Source: a virus | Length of the DNA stretch: 64,000 nt | IMG/VR virus record: IMGVR_UViG_3300020469_000023 | Location: 35,096 to 99,095 of that record | Direction: 5' to 3' (one strand) | Shown here: positions 9,852 through 18,906 of the stretch, one piece after another | How positions within the stretch are numbered: the first letter of the stretch is position 1 | How the letters are laid out: every line of letters starts with the position of its first letter | Notes under the pieces: model-generated | The model's input: the letters and a program-made list of their open reading frames with translations, nothing else | Told to the model about the DNA's origin: nothing | Database searches by the model: none | Position numbers and translations under genes: made by a program

Positions 9852-10214
9852 TTACTTATCTTCTTTAGATTTCTTTTTCTTTGCTAACTCATCTTTCCTT
9901 ACTTGTGGTAAAATCTTTACAGCAAACTTTTTAATCTTATTTTTCATTTTGTCAAGTTTTTTCTCAATCTCATTTCTTCGAGCAAGAGATACTTGTTGAG
10001 GTGCTTGACCTTTAGTTATTTTCTTAAAGAACTTTAGACGTGCTTTTTTCAATGCACGTTTCTTTAGTTTCTCAGGTGATGCTATTTTACGGGCCGCTTT
10101 CTTTCGACCCATTGCGATTTTTGCCTTGATTTTTTTGAATTGACGAGACCTCTTCAACCTTTGTTGAACTGTCATTGCTTCGTCTGTAGTTGTGAACTCT
10201 TTAAATGATTTCAT
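9852..10214 (-). CDS. Very basic protein with capsid-targeting-like N-terminus
   Basis: MKSFKEFTTTDE start; K/R-rich. Confidence 0.6.
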   Translation of the reverse strand: MKSFKEFTTTDEAMTVQQRLKRSRQFKKIKAKIAMGRKKAARKIASPEKLKKRALKKARLKFFKKITKGQAPQQVSLARRNEIEKKLDKMKNKIKKFAVKILPQVRKDELAKKKKSKEDK

Positions 10215-10215
10215 T

Positions 10216-12462
10216 TTACCTCGGTTTATCCCATCCTTTCAATATATTAGCAGAAAAGTTATTATAAGAAAATTCTAATCTATCAACTAACTTAACTGCA
10301 CCACCACCTAACTTATCAATAGCAACATATCCTTCTGCACCTGTTGTTTTATAACCATTTCTTGTTTTTACAAATGCATCTATATTGCTAATGTTGTTTA
10401 ATCTATTTATAAGTTTTAGTTTTGCGAGAACTATATTCTTCTGTAAATCAAACATATTGACAAGCGAAACTCTATTTTGTGGTGAAAAGAACTTTAAAAT
10501 TGTGTCTAATTTATCTTGTTGTGTTTGTTTTCCTTTTGCAGTTTTACGTTTGTCCATTTCTTTTTTATATTTATTCTCAATCCAACGTATCAATCTTGCA
10601 GTATGTTTCTTACTGTCTGGTAACATTTGCCCTGCTCTAACAAAAGTATTATTGTATTGTTCGATTAATTGTGCAAGTTCTGGATTCTTTTCTAGTTCTC
10701 GAAGTGTATCACCAGCGACTTTGTTAAAAAGAAAACCAGCAGTACTTAAATAACCTGTAACTTCTGTTGTTTCTTTTTCATTCATTGTTGCCTCACCAGC
10801 GCCACTTAGTTCTGCATCTTGCGACCAAACTGCTGGAGAAGATGGTATCTTTTTCACACCATACGATGCTTTCATTGATGCAAAGTCTTTACCTTTATAT
10901 GTTGTATGCCAAACTATACCAATCTGTGACTTAGTAATACGTTTGGCCGCTTCTGTACCTGATTCAACTGCATAGACAATTGTGTTTGGGTGAAATGTAA
11001 TATACTGCTTACCATCTATTTTAGTTTTACTTAAGTCTTGTTTTGAGTATAAGAAGTCTCCTTGTATGACATCTTTAATACCAAGATTCTTTAAATGCTT
11101 CAATGCAAGTTTTAGTTTCTCTGCTAAATCGCCTGAAGTATCAGCATCAATATCAGCATTTGATTTATATACTTTTGGATTCTTAGCAAAGATACCTTTC
11201 TTAGCAACAAAGAACTTACCATCACTTGGGTCTTCACCACAGAAGATTGCTGGTGCACCATCCCACTTAACTGACATCTTAGTTGATGATTTACCTGCTA
11301 ACATATCACGTATACTTCTCAAGGCATTGATTGCCTCTCTTGTACCTTTGACTCCACCATACAAAACTTTATCTTCTATATGTGTCATGTGTGTATTCTT
11401 TTCTTCTGGTAAGAAAAGACTTTTGTAAGATTCTGTCTGAAATGGTGTCAACTTACGATACTTTTTATTGTTCTTCGGGTGATATTCCATGTAGTCTTCG
11501 TTTCTTTCTTTAGTTTTCTTTTTCATCTTATTAATATATGTACGATAGATTGCCGCTTCTGCAGATTTACCCATTTCTTTTGCACGTTGTTCCATAGCAA
11601 CTGCCGCTTGGATTTTGTGTGCATGTTTTTTACCAGAGTTTTCTATCTTCTTAACACTTGCTCTTGCAGTTTCAACGTCTTTAAATCCTAATCCATGTAT
11701 TGTACCTTTAGGGTTTTCATCTGTATATAAATCAGAATGTTTTTTAGAGTTAGCGGGTTGACCTTTCTTTCTAGGTATTCTAGGGTTTGTCTCTTCTTTC
11801 TGAGTCTTTATCCACTTTTGTGCAATTGGATTCATAGGTTTCTTGTCTGCAAATTGTTTTATTATTCTAAATGCTCTAGTTGTTTCTTTATTATAGTCTT
11901 TTCCATCTGAGTTGTCAACTATTGTCAATCTACTTTTAAATGCTCTTTGATATTTACCAACGTTTCTTTGAACATTGTCCCACATCTTTGCAACTTCTTT
12001 CGGGTCTAGTTTTCTTGCTCTTTCCATATTTCTACGTAAAGCAGTTTCTTTATCTGTGTTGACAAATATCATTGCAGTAGAATAACCTAATTCTTTTAGT
12101 TTTTCATTCTGTCTAATTATTTTATCTGCATCACGCCCTGTACCATCAATGACTAAACCAAGTCTGCCTTTCATATACATCATTTGTTGTTTTGCAGTCA
12201 ACTCTTTTGCTTTAGTTCTTATATCTTGACCACCAACAGAAAAAATATTATCAGGGTTCATTTCTAGACCTGCTTGATTCATTGCACGTTCAAATGCAGT
12301 ATCAGAATTTACAACTTTAAAACCTAAAGATGTAAGTCCTGTTTTACCAACAATAAATGATTTACCACTACCTGGTCCACCAGCAAGAAAGATTGCTTTG
12401 AAGATTGCAGGGTCATTAACACCTTCTTCAACTTCTGCTATGTGTTCATTAAAACTTAACAT
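10216..12462 (-). CDS. Fusion: N-terminal P-loop kinase (PNK/zeta-like) plus C-terminal DUF6267-like domain with ligase-type motifs
   Basis: GGPGSGKS, VIDGTG, RRNMERAR lid; KWDG, QGDFL, EGYV, VKLV. Confidence 0.7.
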   Translation of the reverse strand: MLSFNEHIAEVEEGVNDPAIFKAIFLAGGPGSGKSFIVGKTGLTSLGFKVVNSDTAFERAMNQAGLEMNPDNIFSVGGQDIRTKAKELTAKQQMMYMKGRLGLVIDGTGRDADKIIRQNEKLKELGYSTAMIFVNTDKETALRRNMERARKLDPKEVAKMWDNVQRNVGKYQRAFKSRLTIVDNSDGKDYNKETTRAFRIIKQFADKKPMNPIAQKWIKTQKEETNPRIPRKKGQPANSKKHSDLYTDENPKGTIHGLGFKDVETARASVKKIENSGKKHAHKIQAAVAMEQRAKEMGKSAEAAIYRTYINKMKKKTKERNEDYMEYHPKNNKKYRKLTPFQTESYKSLFLPEEKNTHMTHIEDKVLYGGVKGTREAINALRSIRDMLAGKSSTKMSVKWDGAPAIFCGEDPSDGKFFVAKKGIFAKNPKVYKSNADIDADTSGDLAEKLKLALKHLKNLGIKDVIQGDFLYSKQDLSKTKIDGKQYITFHPNTIVYAVESGTEAAKRITKSQIGIVWHTTYKGKDFASMKASYGVKKIPSSPAVWSQDAELSGAGEATMNEKETTEVTGYLSTAGFLFNKVAGDTLRELEKNPELAQLIEQYNNTFVRAGQMLPDSKKHTARLIRWIENKYKKEMDKRKTAKGKQTQQDKLDTILKFFSPQNRVSLVNMFDLQKNIVLAKLKLINRLNNISNIDAFVKTRNGYKTTGAEGYVAIDKLGGGAVKLVDRLEFSYNNFSANILKGWDKPR

Positions 12463-13549
12463 TTCTTTTTACTCTAATATCTGGTATCGCACCAAGAAAA
12501 GATGTAAGTTGTCTCAAACCTTTTTTAAAAAAGTTTGTAACTTTACTCCATGTTTTACTTACAAATGATTTAACTTTATTTAATATGTTAAATTCAACTA
12601 ATGTTTCTTTTTCATTTGTATCTAATTCTTCTGTCATAGAGTCTACTATTAATGAAATTACTGACCAGAAAAAATATTCTCCAGTTCCACCTTTTTCATT
12701 AGTCGGAGATACAAGTTCTTTTTTAGTTCGTTGTGATGTTTTAAACCTTGTTTGAAGTTTCATTGCAGTTGCTATTTTTTCACAATAACTATCATCATTA
12801 ACATCATGAATTTCTACTTTTCCACCGTCAGCAGTAGAGACCAACATTAAGTCTGCAGATGCTGGACTACTTTTACCAAATTTTTCATAACCTGACATTG
12901 CTTCTCTGGCAAATTCTATTTTAAATTCTTTAGACTGATTAAATAAATTACCAAGTTCTTTCATACAATCTTTGTGTGCTTTTTCCGCGGCATTAACTAC
13001 TTTGTTTGTACCCGCTTTAATTAAAGGTCTAATTTTTGAAGGTGCTAATGTATTTTTTACAAAACCTTCTAATACTTGATTTGTTTTTTTATATTGTGGA
13101 CTTTTTACTAAATCTGAATTAGAATTTTTAACTGCCGCTTGAAACGTTGCAGTTGATTCTGCTTTACCGCCAGACATTAGTTGTGCTAAACCTATTTTAA
13201 CTGAAAAGTTTTTATCACCTATTTTTACATCTGTTTTTGGTGTAGTATCAGAAGCATCATATGATTTCCAAAAATCTGTTAAACTAGATTTTGTTCTACC
13301 AAATACTTCTGCTTTTTTATTTTTTAGTTGTGGGTAATCTTTTAGTATTTTTGTTGCAATTAATTCACCTGTTTTTTTGGCACTTGGAGTATTTTCTATT
13401 TTATCGTAAAGTTGTTGTTTAATACCATAATCTTCTGTAGATTCCATTACTCTTTTAGTTACAGTATAAAAACCCATAACTATTGCCGCTTCATAATCTT
13501 CTGCTTTTAATTTTGCTTCTGTCAAAAAATTATTTTTAAATGAATGCAT
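12449..13549 (-). CDS. Putative PD-(D/E)XK nuclease-fold protein with capsid-targeting-like N-terminus
   Basis: MHSFKNNFLTEA start; TPKTDV...FSVK. Confidence 0.5.
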   Translation of the reverse strand: MHSFKNNFLTEAKLKAEDYEAAIVMGFYTVTKRVMESTEDYGIKQQLYDKIENTPSAKKTGELIATKILKDYPQLKNKKAEVFGRTKSSLTDFWKSYDASDTTPKTDVKIGDKNFSVKIGLAQLMSGGKAESTATFQAAVKNSNSDLVKSPQYKKTNQVLEGFVKNTLAPSKIRPLIKAGTNKVVNAAEKAHKDCMKELGNLFNQSKEFKIEFAREAMSGYEKFGKSSPASADLMLVSTADGGKVEIHDVNDDSYCEKIATAMKLQTRFKTSQRTKKELVSPTNEKGGTGEYFFWSVISLIVDSMTEELDTNEKETLVEFNILNKVKSFVSKTWSKVTNFFKKGLRQLTSFLGAIPDIRVKRNVKF

Positions 13550-13721
13550 ATCCGAACTCTGTTAATATCTGTTGTTTATCTATTGCTTCATCAAGAGGCA
13601 ATCTCTGTATTGTTGATGTAAAGTTGAAAAATTCTGTGATGATTACAGTATCATCTTCTAGAATTGAAAAGTTGACGAAGTGTCCTTCGTCTTCCATTGT
13701 TCCTGCCCAACATTGTGTCAT
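13536..13721 (-). CDS. Small hypothetical protein
   Basis: 61 aa; TATAAATA 6 nt upstream; overlaps start of next gene. Confidence 0.55.
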   Translation of the reverse strand: MTQCWAGTMEDEGHFVNFSILEDDTVIITEFFNFTSTIQRLPLDEAIDKQQILTEFGYAFI

Positions 13722-13727
13722 AACTAC

Positions 13728-13735
13728 TATTTATA
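13728..13735 (-). promoter_or_regulatory. gp55-type late promoter TATAAATA heading the internal-protein-like cluster
   Basis: TATAAATA-GTAGTT-ATG. Confidence 0.75.
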
Positions 13736-13739
13736 ATAG

Positions 13740-14432
13740 TTAAAATTTGACACTAGTGTTTTCTTCGTTCCATTGAGCAATTACTGATTTTAGTGGTGTG
13801 ACCCAGTTATCTCTATGTTCAATATAGACAATAGGGTCTCTGTCATCAACTGCAATTAGAGTTACGAGTTGAGTAATAGGTAATTGTGTTCGTTCTTCCC
13901 ACATAATCGCATATGCAGATTCTTGCATGAAGTAGTTATGACACCACTGTTTCTTTTTATACTTACGACTTGTTTTGAAATCAATAATAGATAGTTTGCC
14001 CTGCCATTCTGCAACACAATCGACTCTACCTGCAACCCCTAGATAATTAGAATAAAGTGGTGCCTCTTGAGCATGAATATTGTTTATGTTTTCATCTAGA
14101 ATAGGTCTTATCTTTTGAAACGTTTCTATATTGTTTGGCATTACGCCATCTAAATAATCAGCATCATTGTCTAGATACTTTTCGCAAACTGTATGAACTG
14201 CAGTACCACGATTCGCCGCACGAGTTGATATCTTATTTGCTTCTACTTCACCGACTCTTTTACGCCACTTTGCAATACTATCTCTACTGAGTATTGATAA
14301 TACTGTAGTAATCGATGGTAAGTCTATACCTTCGGGTGTGTGATACTTACGACCTTCATCTGTCGTTACAGCATTCATTTCAGTTAATTCTACTGGAATA
14401 TGGTTAAAATTTTGTTTCTCTTTCATATGCAT
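13740..14432 (-). CDS. PD-(D/E)XK exonuclease
   Basis: PSITTVL, RGTAVH, AGRVDC, IIDFKTS, YFMQESAY. Confidence 0.85.
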   Translation of the reverse strand: MHMKEKQNFNHIPVELTEMNAVTTDEGRKYHTPEGIDLPSITTVLSILSRDSIAKWRKRVGEVEANKISTRAANRGTAVHTVCEKYLDNDADYLDGVMPNNIETFQKIRPILDENINNIHAQEAPLYSNYLGVAGRVDCVAEWQGKLSIIDFKTSRKYKKKQWCHNYFMQESAYAIMWEERTQLPITQLVTLIAVDDRDPIVYIEHRDNWVTPLKSVIAQWNEENTSVKF

Positions 14433-14703
14433 CTTGCTCGTCTATTTCGCCTTTGATTAATAATTGTTGTGCATGAATTAACTCATGTGCCAATGTTGTA
14501 AATCTTTCTTCATCATATCTAATGTAGATATCTAAATGTTCTAACTGTTCATCAAATTCAATATAACCTTTAGTGTTTTGTAATGAGATAGTTGGTGGTA
14601 ATTTTCGAATTGAAACAATTACGTCTGCATCATCTATCTTTAGTTGCTTTACTAGTTCTATTGCTTTGTTCTGAATCTCTTTGTTTTTGCAAATAATGTT
14701 CAT
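14404..14703 (-). CDS. Small zincin-like metallopeptidase domain protein
   Basis: TLAHELIHAQQ (HExxH) and downstream EQDAY. Confidence 0.6.
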   Translation of the reverse strand: MNIICKNKEIQNKAIELVKQLKIDDADVIVSIRKLPPTISLQNTKGYIEFDEQLEHLDIYIRYDEERFTTLAHELIHAQQLLIKGEIDEQDAYERETKF

Positions 14704-14858
14704 CTTGTTCTTCGATGTATTCCATATAAGGACATTTCTCTTCTTCTTCTTGTTTTGAAAATAACTTTTTAAACCAATTAATCATTTATTTTGACTACAT
14801 TATACTTAAATATGCAAGAAAAGTCAACCCTTAAGTTGACTTTCCTCACTTGAAAAGA

Positions 14859-15815
14859 TTATGCCGCTTCGGCGTATTCTACTGCCTTCTCGACTGCTTT
14901 AATCTTTCTACTTTGGTTTCTACCAAACCATGCAGATGCCATTCTCGAATCTGCTTCTCTACCCATCTTGTGGTCTGTAAGATAAGTAACTGAGTTAAGT
15001 GCCTGCCACCAAGTTCCAGCACCCATTTCTGCACCCGGTTGGGTCTCAAGAACTGAGTATGCATCTTGACCTGTAGTAGATAAGTCTTCAAACTTTTCAA
15101 CTGTTACAGGTTTCTTACCTTGGTAAGTTCTAGGGAACACTTCATTGTAGTATTGAACTAATGCTTTCGCACTAAAGTTTTTACTTGCAAGAAATTGTGC
15201 CACATCTTTGTATTGAGCAAACTTTTCACTTGCAAGACCCATAGTCTCTTTTACGTGGTTAGCATCAAACACTTTTCTGTGATTCAATTTTGTACCCTGG
15301 TTTTTAACAGATGCTAATGCCATACTTAAAGTATTATTACAAACAACTCTGATTGGAGTAAATCTAATATCAATAGACTTTCCATATTCATGTGGGTTTG
15401 CAAACAATAGGTATGAATCTACTTGGTCATTTTTACCAATGTCAAATGATTCTTTGACTTTTGCAAGTCCCCAAACCATTTTACCATCACGTAATGAACC
15501 AGCAGTTTCCATACTCATGTCACCTGCTAAACAGTACTCTGAGAAGAATTCAAATGATTCTTCGTTTTGTACTGGGTGCCAATTCTTACCAACTTGAGTA
15601 AGAACTTTGTTATCAGAACTTCTTACCAATGCTTCTTGCCCAGTAAGAACTTCTATTTCACCAACTCTTGCATAAGTTGGAACCTTGTTGACTTGCCAAT
15701 CAAGTCCTGCTTTTACCATTATCTGGTTGGGACTCAAGTCATCGCTGACTTTCGTACCAAGGCCATGCCAAGGAACTTCTCCTGCATATGCCATACTTTC
15801 AACTGCCGCTACCAT
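14859..15815 (-). CDS. DUF932 family phage/plasmid protein
   Basis: VPWHGLG, AGLDWQV, PVQN, ETAGSL, TPIRVVCNNTL. Confidence 0.85.
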   Translation of the reverse strand: MVAAVESMAYAGEVPWHGLGTKVSDDLSPNQIMVKAGLDWQVNKVPTYARVGEIEVLTGQEALVRSSDNKVLTQVGKNWHPVQNEESFEFFSEYCLAGDMSMETAGSLRDGKMVWGLAKVKESFDIGKNDQVDSYLLFANPHEYGKSIDIRFTPIRVVCNNTLSMALASVKNQGTKLNHRKVFDANHVKETMGLASEKFAQYKDVAQFLASKNFSAKALVQYYNEVFPRTYQGKKPVTVEKFEDLSTTGQDAYSVLETQPGAEMGAGTWWQALNSVTYLTDHKMGREADSRMASAWFGRNQSRKIKAVEKAVEYAEAA

Positions 15816-15830
15816 ATAAACCTCCTATAG

Positions 15831-16217
15831 TTAGTCATTCCAATTGTAATCTGGTTGAACTTGACCATTGAGAATTTCCTCAATGAATTCAACCGCTTCA
15901 TAACATGTGCCACCTATGTGCCACTCGTATTCTTCTGTAGGCGTACCACCAGTTTTCCAATTGTAAACTGTCGCCTTAATAGTTTCATAATCTTTGTCAC
16001 CATATTCATCTGTAAAATAAACTTTACCGTCAATTGCCCATTGAGTTTGAACTTTGTCATATGGGTCACCTGTTGAATAAGAAGGTGTACCAAATAAGTT
16101 ATATAACTTATCATAAGTAGTAGTCACATAACTTTGTAAACTACTACCACTTTCTGGATTTTCAGCAACTTCATACTCGCAGTTTTCTGCAAGAATTTTC
16201 TCTGATAGATAAATCAT
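15831..16217 (-). CDS. Hypothetical protein
   Basis: 128 aa; TVYNWK, EWHIGG. Confidence 0.65.
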   Translation of the reverse strand: MIYLSEKILAENCEYEVAENPESGSSLQSYVTTTYDKLYNLFGTPSYSTGDPYDKVQTQWAIDGKVYFTDEYGDKDYETIKATVYNWKTGGTPTEEYEWHIGGTCYEAVEFIEEILNGQVQPDYNWND

Positions 16218-16474
16218 ATGTTTGCTACCTCTAACATTGAAAGAGGCACTCTGTATGCTTTACCTCTCATTTGAACAACTGCTTTCTTTTGTTTAATCTC
16301 AATGATTGTACCAAAAGTTTTTTTAGTTTTTTGAACAACGAACACGCCGTCACCTTCTTTGAAACTTGCTTTCGCAAGGGCATCTAAAATATCTTTACCG
16401 AAATGATAGACTTCTGCCAATTGTTCAGGTGTCTGAATCTTTGACAGTTCTTTTATTAACGTTTTACTTAACAT
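16214..16474 (-). CDS. Hypothetical early protein with SH3-like C-terminus
   Basis: 86 aa; GAGAGG SD; sigma70 promoter upstream. Confidence 0.65.
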   Translation of the reverse strand: MLSKTLIKELSKIQTPEQLAEVYHFGKDILDALAKASFKEGDGVFVVQKTKKTFGTIIEIKQKKAVVQMRGKAYRVPLSMLEVANI

Positions 16475-16505
16475 TTTACCTCTCTGTTTATTAATTTATG
16501 TTGTT

Positions 16506-16534
16506 ATTATAACAAGTCAAACAATAATTGTCAA
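16506..16534 (-). promoter_or_regulatory. sigma70-type early promoter
   Basis: TTGACA-17-TATAAT. Confidence 0.85.
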
Positions 16535-16543
16535 CTCTTTTTT

Positions 16544-16999
16544 TCATATTAATTGAAATTTTTCTACCTCTGGTTGGAAGTTAAAATCCCAATCTTCAAA
16601 ATTTTCACACAATGGGTGAGAAAACCAACCATCACGACTATAATTTGTACTATACCCGTCTAACCAAACTTTTACTTGTTTTTCAATAAAGTCTTCGTAA
16701 GGAACAAAGACAAACAAAACATCGTCTCTAGAACCTTCTTTAGTATAAAATTTACGAGTATAAAATTTTATTGTTATACCTTTCTTAAAGTCATTTTTTC
16801 TAAAGTCAACATAACCCGTGACCCAAGGTAAAGACTCACCTAATTCTTCTGCTAATTTTTCATCGGTGATTTGAACTTCTTTTACATTCTGTTCATAATC
16901 ACTATGGAAAGTATATTTACCATCTTTATAATTATAATCTGTAGAATTAGACCTATAAATGTCTTCTTTTACTCTTTCAATAAATTGATTACTTTGCAT
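16544..16999 (-). CDS. Hypothetical early protein
   Basis: 151 aa; GAGG SD; own promoter. Confidence 0.65.
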   Translation of the reverse strand: MQSNQFIERVKEDIYRSNSTDYNYKDGKYTFHSDYEQNVKEVQITDEKLAEELGESLPWVTGYVDFRKNDFKKGITIKFYTRKFYTKEGSRDDVLFVFVPYEDFIEKQVKVWLDGYSTNYSRDGWFSHPLCENFEDWDFNFQPEVEKFQLI

Positions 17000-17029
17000 T
17001 TTACCTCTTTTCTTATTCTTAATACAAGT

Positions 17030-17058
17030 ATTTTACAGGGTCAAACAGGAATTGTCAA
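17030..17058 (-). promoter_or_regulatory. sigma70-type early promoter
   Basis: TTGACA-17-TAAAAT. Confidence 0.8.
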
Positions 17059-17094
17059 CCCTTGTAATTAAAATAAGTGTTTTGCTACGACAGA

Positions 17095-17607
17095 TTATGT
17101 CGCATACTTTGAAAAGAATGTAATTACAGTTCTATCTGTATTGCCATGTAAGGGGTGATGTGGTACGTTTGCATTGAAACAAACTGCACGATTGTATTTA
17201 AATGGAACTTCGTCACCATCTATCCAAGTGCCACCATTTCCTTCTAGATAAATGACACCTGAAAAGTCCCATGCTTTATCGATATGTGGCATGGGTGTAG
17301 ATATGTTTTGTTCTAGTAAATGTTTGTAGAAAGTAATCCAACCAACTTTTACATCAAACATGTTTTGTATTTTATTGACGACCTCAGGAAGTTCGAACAT
17401 AAGATTTTTAGTTCGAAGTCCTGGCCATTTACCAATGGATTCGCTTTTATTATATTCTGCATATTGTTTTGCAGTATAATAATTAGAACTCTTAGAAAAC
17501 TCTAAGACTTCATCTGGGTCATCAAGAAAGTTTTCAAATACTTGATATTTAGATTTTGACACTAAACTGTAAGGTTGCATAGAGTTTGTCAGTATTGTAG
17601 TCATCAT
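17095..17607 (-). CDS. 2OG-Fe(II) oxygenase-like protein (start may be 17580)
   Basis: ENFLDDPD, WPGLRT, PHID, GVIYL, YNRAVCF, H...R. Confidence 0.7.
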   Translation of the reverse strand: MMTTILTNSMQPYSLVSKSKYQVFENFLDDPDEVLEFSKSSNYYTAKQYAEYNKSESIGKWPGLRTKNLMFELPEVVNKIQNMFDVKVGWITFYKHLLEQNISTPMPHIDKAWDFSGVIYLEGNGGTWIDGDEVPFKYNRAVCFNANVPHHPLHGNTDRTVITFFSKYAT

Positions 17608-18166
17608 CTACTATGTATCTAACCCCAGGTCTTATGGTGAACTTTTTACCAAACTTAATATTTAACATGATATCAGTTTGAATATCTTCAAATTCTCCAT
17701 CATCTACACCGTCTTTTGCGAATGCGAATCTAGGTGAGAAATGAACTTGTGGTGCAAAACAAACTAAGTCTGTATTACATTGAAAGTTACCTTTATACCC
17801 AAGAGTAGTTAAGACTCTAAAGTAATAAGTATCACTTTTTTTACCTTCGATATCACGATACTCTACTCTAGGTCTAAAGTAGAAACCATTATCTTGTTCA
17901 AAGAGTTTTACTGATACTCTAGGTCGGTGTTCAATTCTGCCTTTCTTTTCAATGTACTGATATGAAAAATCCCAGTTATCGAGTTTGTAACCCAATTGGT
18001 GATGTGTTTTATCAGTATCTCCAAAGTAATGTCTGTATCTCCAAGATACATTATTACCAAAACTATCTTTAGTTTGTAATTTTAAATTTAATTGTTCTCT
18101 ATCCCAATTTTCTGCAGAAAATACTGATGCAGATAAGAACATTATTAATATTAAAAGGTTTTTCAT
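17549..18166 (-). CDS. Putative outer-membrane beta-barrel protein
   Basis: Signal peptide MKNLLILIMFLSASVFS; alternating amphipathic strands; ends ATLQFSVKI. Confidence 0.65.
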   Translation of the reverse strand: MKNLLILIMFLSASVFSAENWDREQLNLKLQTKDSFGNNVSWRYRHYFGDTDKTHHQLGYKLDNWDFSYQYIEKKGRIEHRPRVSVKLFEQDNGFYFRPRVEYRDIEGKKSDTYYFRVLTTLGYKGNFQCNTDLVCFAPQVHFSPRFAFAKDGVDDGEFEDIQTDIMLNIKFGKKFTIRPGVRYIVDDDYNTDKLYATLQFSVKI

Positions 18167-18196
18167 TATATTACTCCAATAATAAATTTAACAAAT

Positions 18197-18225
18197 ATTA
18201 TACTCGCACTAACAAGAATTGTCAA
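18197..18225 (-). promoter_or_regulatory. sigma70-type early promoter for the beta-barrel gene
   Basis: TTGACA-17-TATAAT; GGAG SD downstream. Confidence 0.85.
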
Positions 18226-18265
18226 TACTTGCTTAGTATATATGCTTCTTATAACTCTGTTTTCA

Positions 18266-18273
18266 TATAAATA
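18266..18273 (+). promoter_or_regulatory. gp55-type late promoter of the curli-like operon
   Basis: TATAAATA 7 nt before ATG 18281. Confidence 0.75.
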
Positions 18274-18280
18274 GACGTGT

Positions 18281-18577
18281 ATGAACAATATAATGAAATT
18301 ATTAATGGAAGTGGGTATCCCGATTGGTAGTGCAATCATCATGGGGTTCTTTATCTTTCTGACTTTAAAATACATTTTAGATAGTGTTGGTGGTTCTGTT
18401 ACAGGTCTTACTAACATTATGAATGGTTTAGAGTCAAGAGTTCGTCAAATGAATAATGATATGATAAAGATTGACTTGTTAGTAAGTGAGTCTTTAGATT
18501 TAAGACCAGACATCGATAGAGTTGCGAGAGCAGAAAACTTTATGGAAGATGGTAAGATAGACTCTAGGAGAGATTAA
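18281..18577 (+). CDS. Small membrane protein (N-terminal TM plus coiled coil)
   Basis: EVGIPIGSAIIMGFFIFLTL; RVRQMNNDMIKI. Confidence 0.75.
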   Translation: MNNIMKLLMEVGIPIGSAIIMGFFIFLTLKYILDSVGGSVTGLTNIMNGLESRVRQMNNDMIKIDLLVSESLDLRPDIDRVARAENFMEDGKIDSRRD

Positions 18578-18906
18578 TGAACAGCAGTAATATTAATCAA
18601 ATTGTTTTGATTATTGATGAGGTTGGTTATCCAGTTTTAATGGCAATCGGTATGGGATATTTTATCTGGTATGTTTGGAAGTATGTGACGAAAGAACTAA
18701 AACCAAAAATTGGTGCTTCACATAAGACTCTTATTAAATTATTAGACCAGATTAGAATGCTTGACAATGACTTGATACGATTACAACAGAAAGTAAATAC
18801 TGTAATCGAATATAGAAAACAAGAAGAATTAAAAAAACAAGGGCAAGAAGATGAAGACAGCACAGTATATATTAATGATATGGGTAAGTCTAACGATAAC
18901 AAGTAA
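18577..18906 (+). CDS. Small membrane protein, paralogue of preceding gene
   Basis: EVGYPVLMAIGMGYFIWYVW; QIRMLDNDLIRL. Confidence 0.75.
   Translation: MNSSNINQIVLIIDEVGYPVLMAIGMGYFIWYVWKYVTKELKPKIGASHKTLIKLLDQIRMLDNDLIRLQQKVNTVIEYRKQEELKKQGQEDEDSTVYINDMGKSNDNK

Noticed and set aside
2222-11691. Numerous plus-strand ORFs (e.g. 2222-2863, 10385-10753)
   Set aside because: Antisense shadows of K/E-rich minus-strand genes; F/L/S-rich composition and no expression signals
14630-14785. 51-codon ORF MINWFKKLF... behind a TTGACT-17-TATAAT promoter
   Set aside because: May be real, but it overlaps the next gene by ~70 nt and has no recognisable motif; not enough support
18166-18417. 83-aa minus-strand ORF
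   Set aside because: Spans two divergent promoters and the first curli-operon gene
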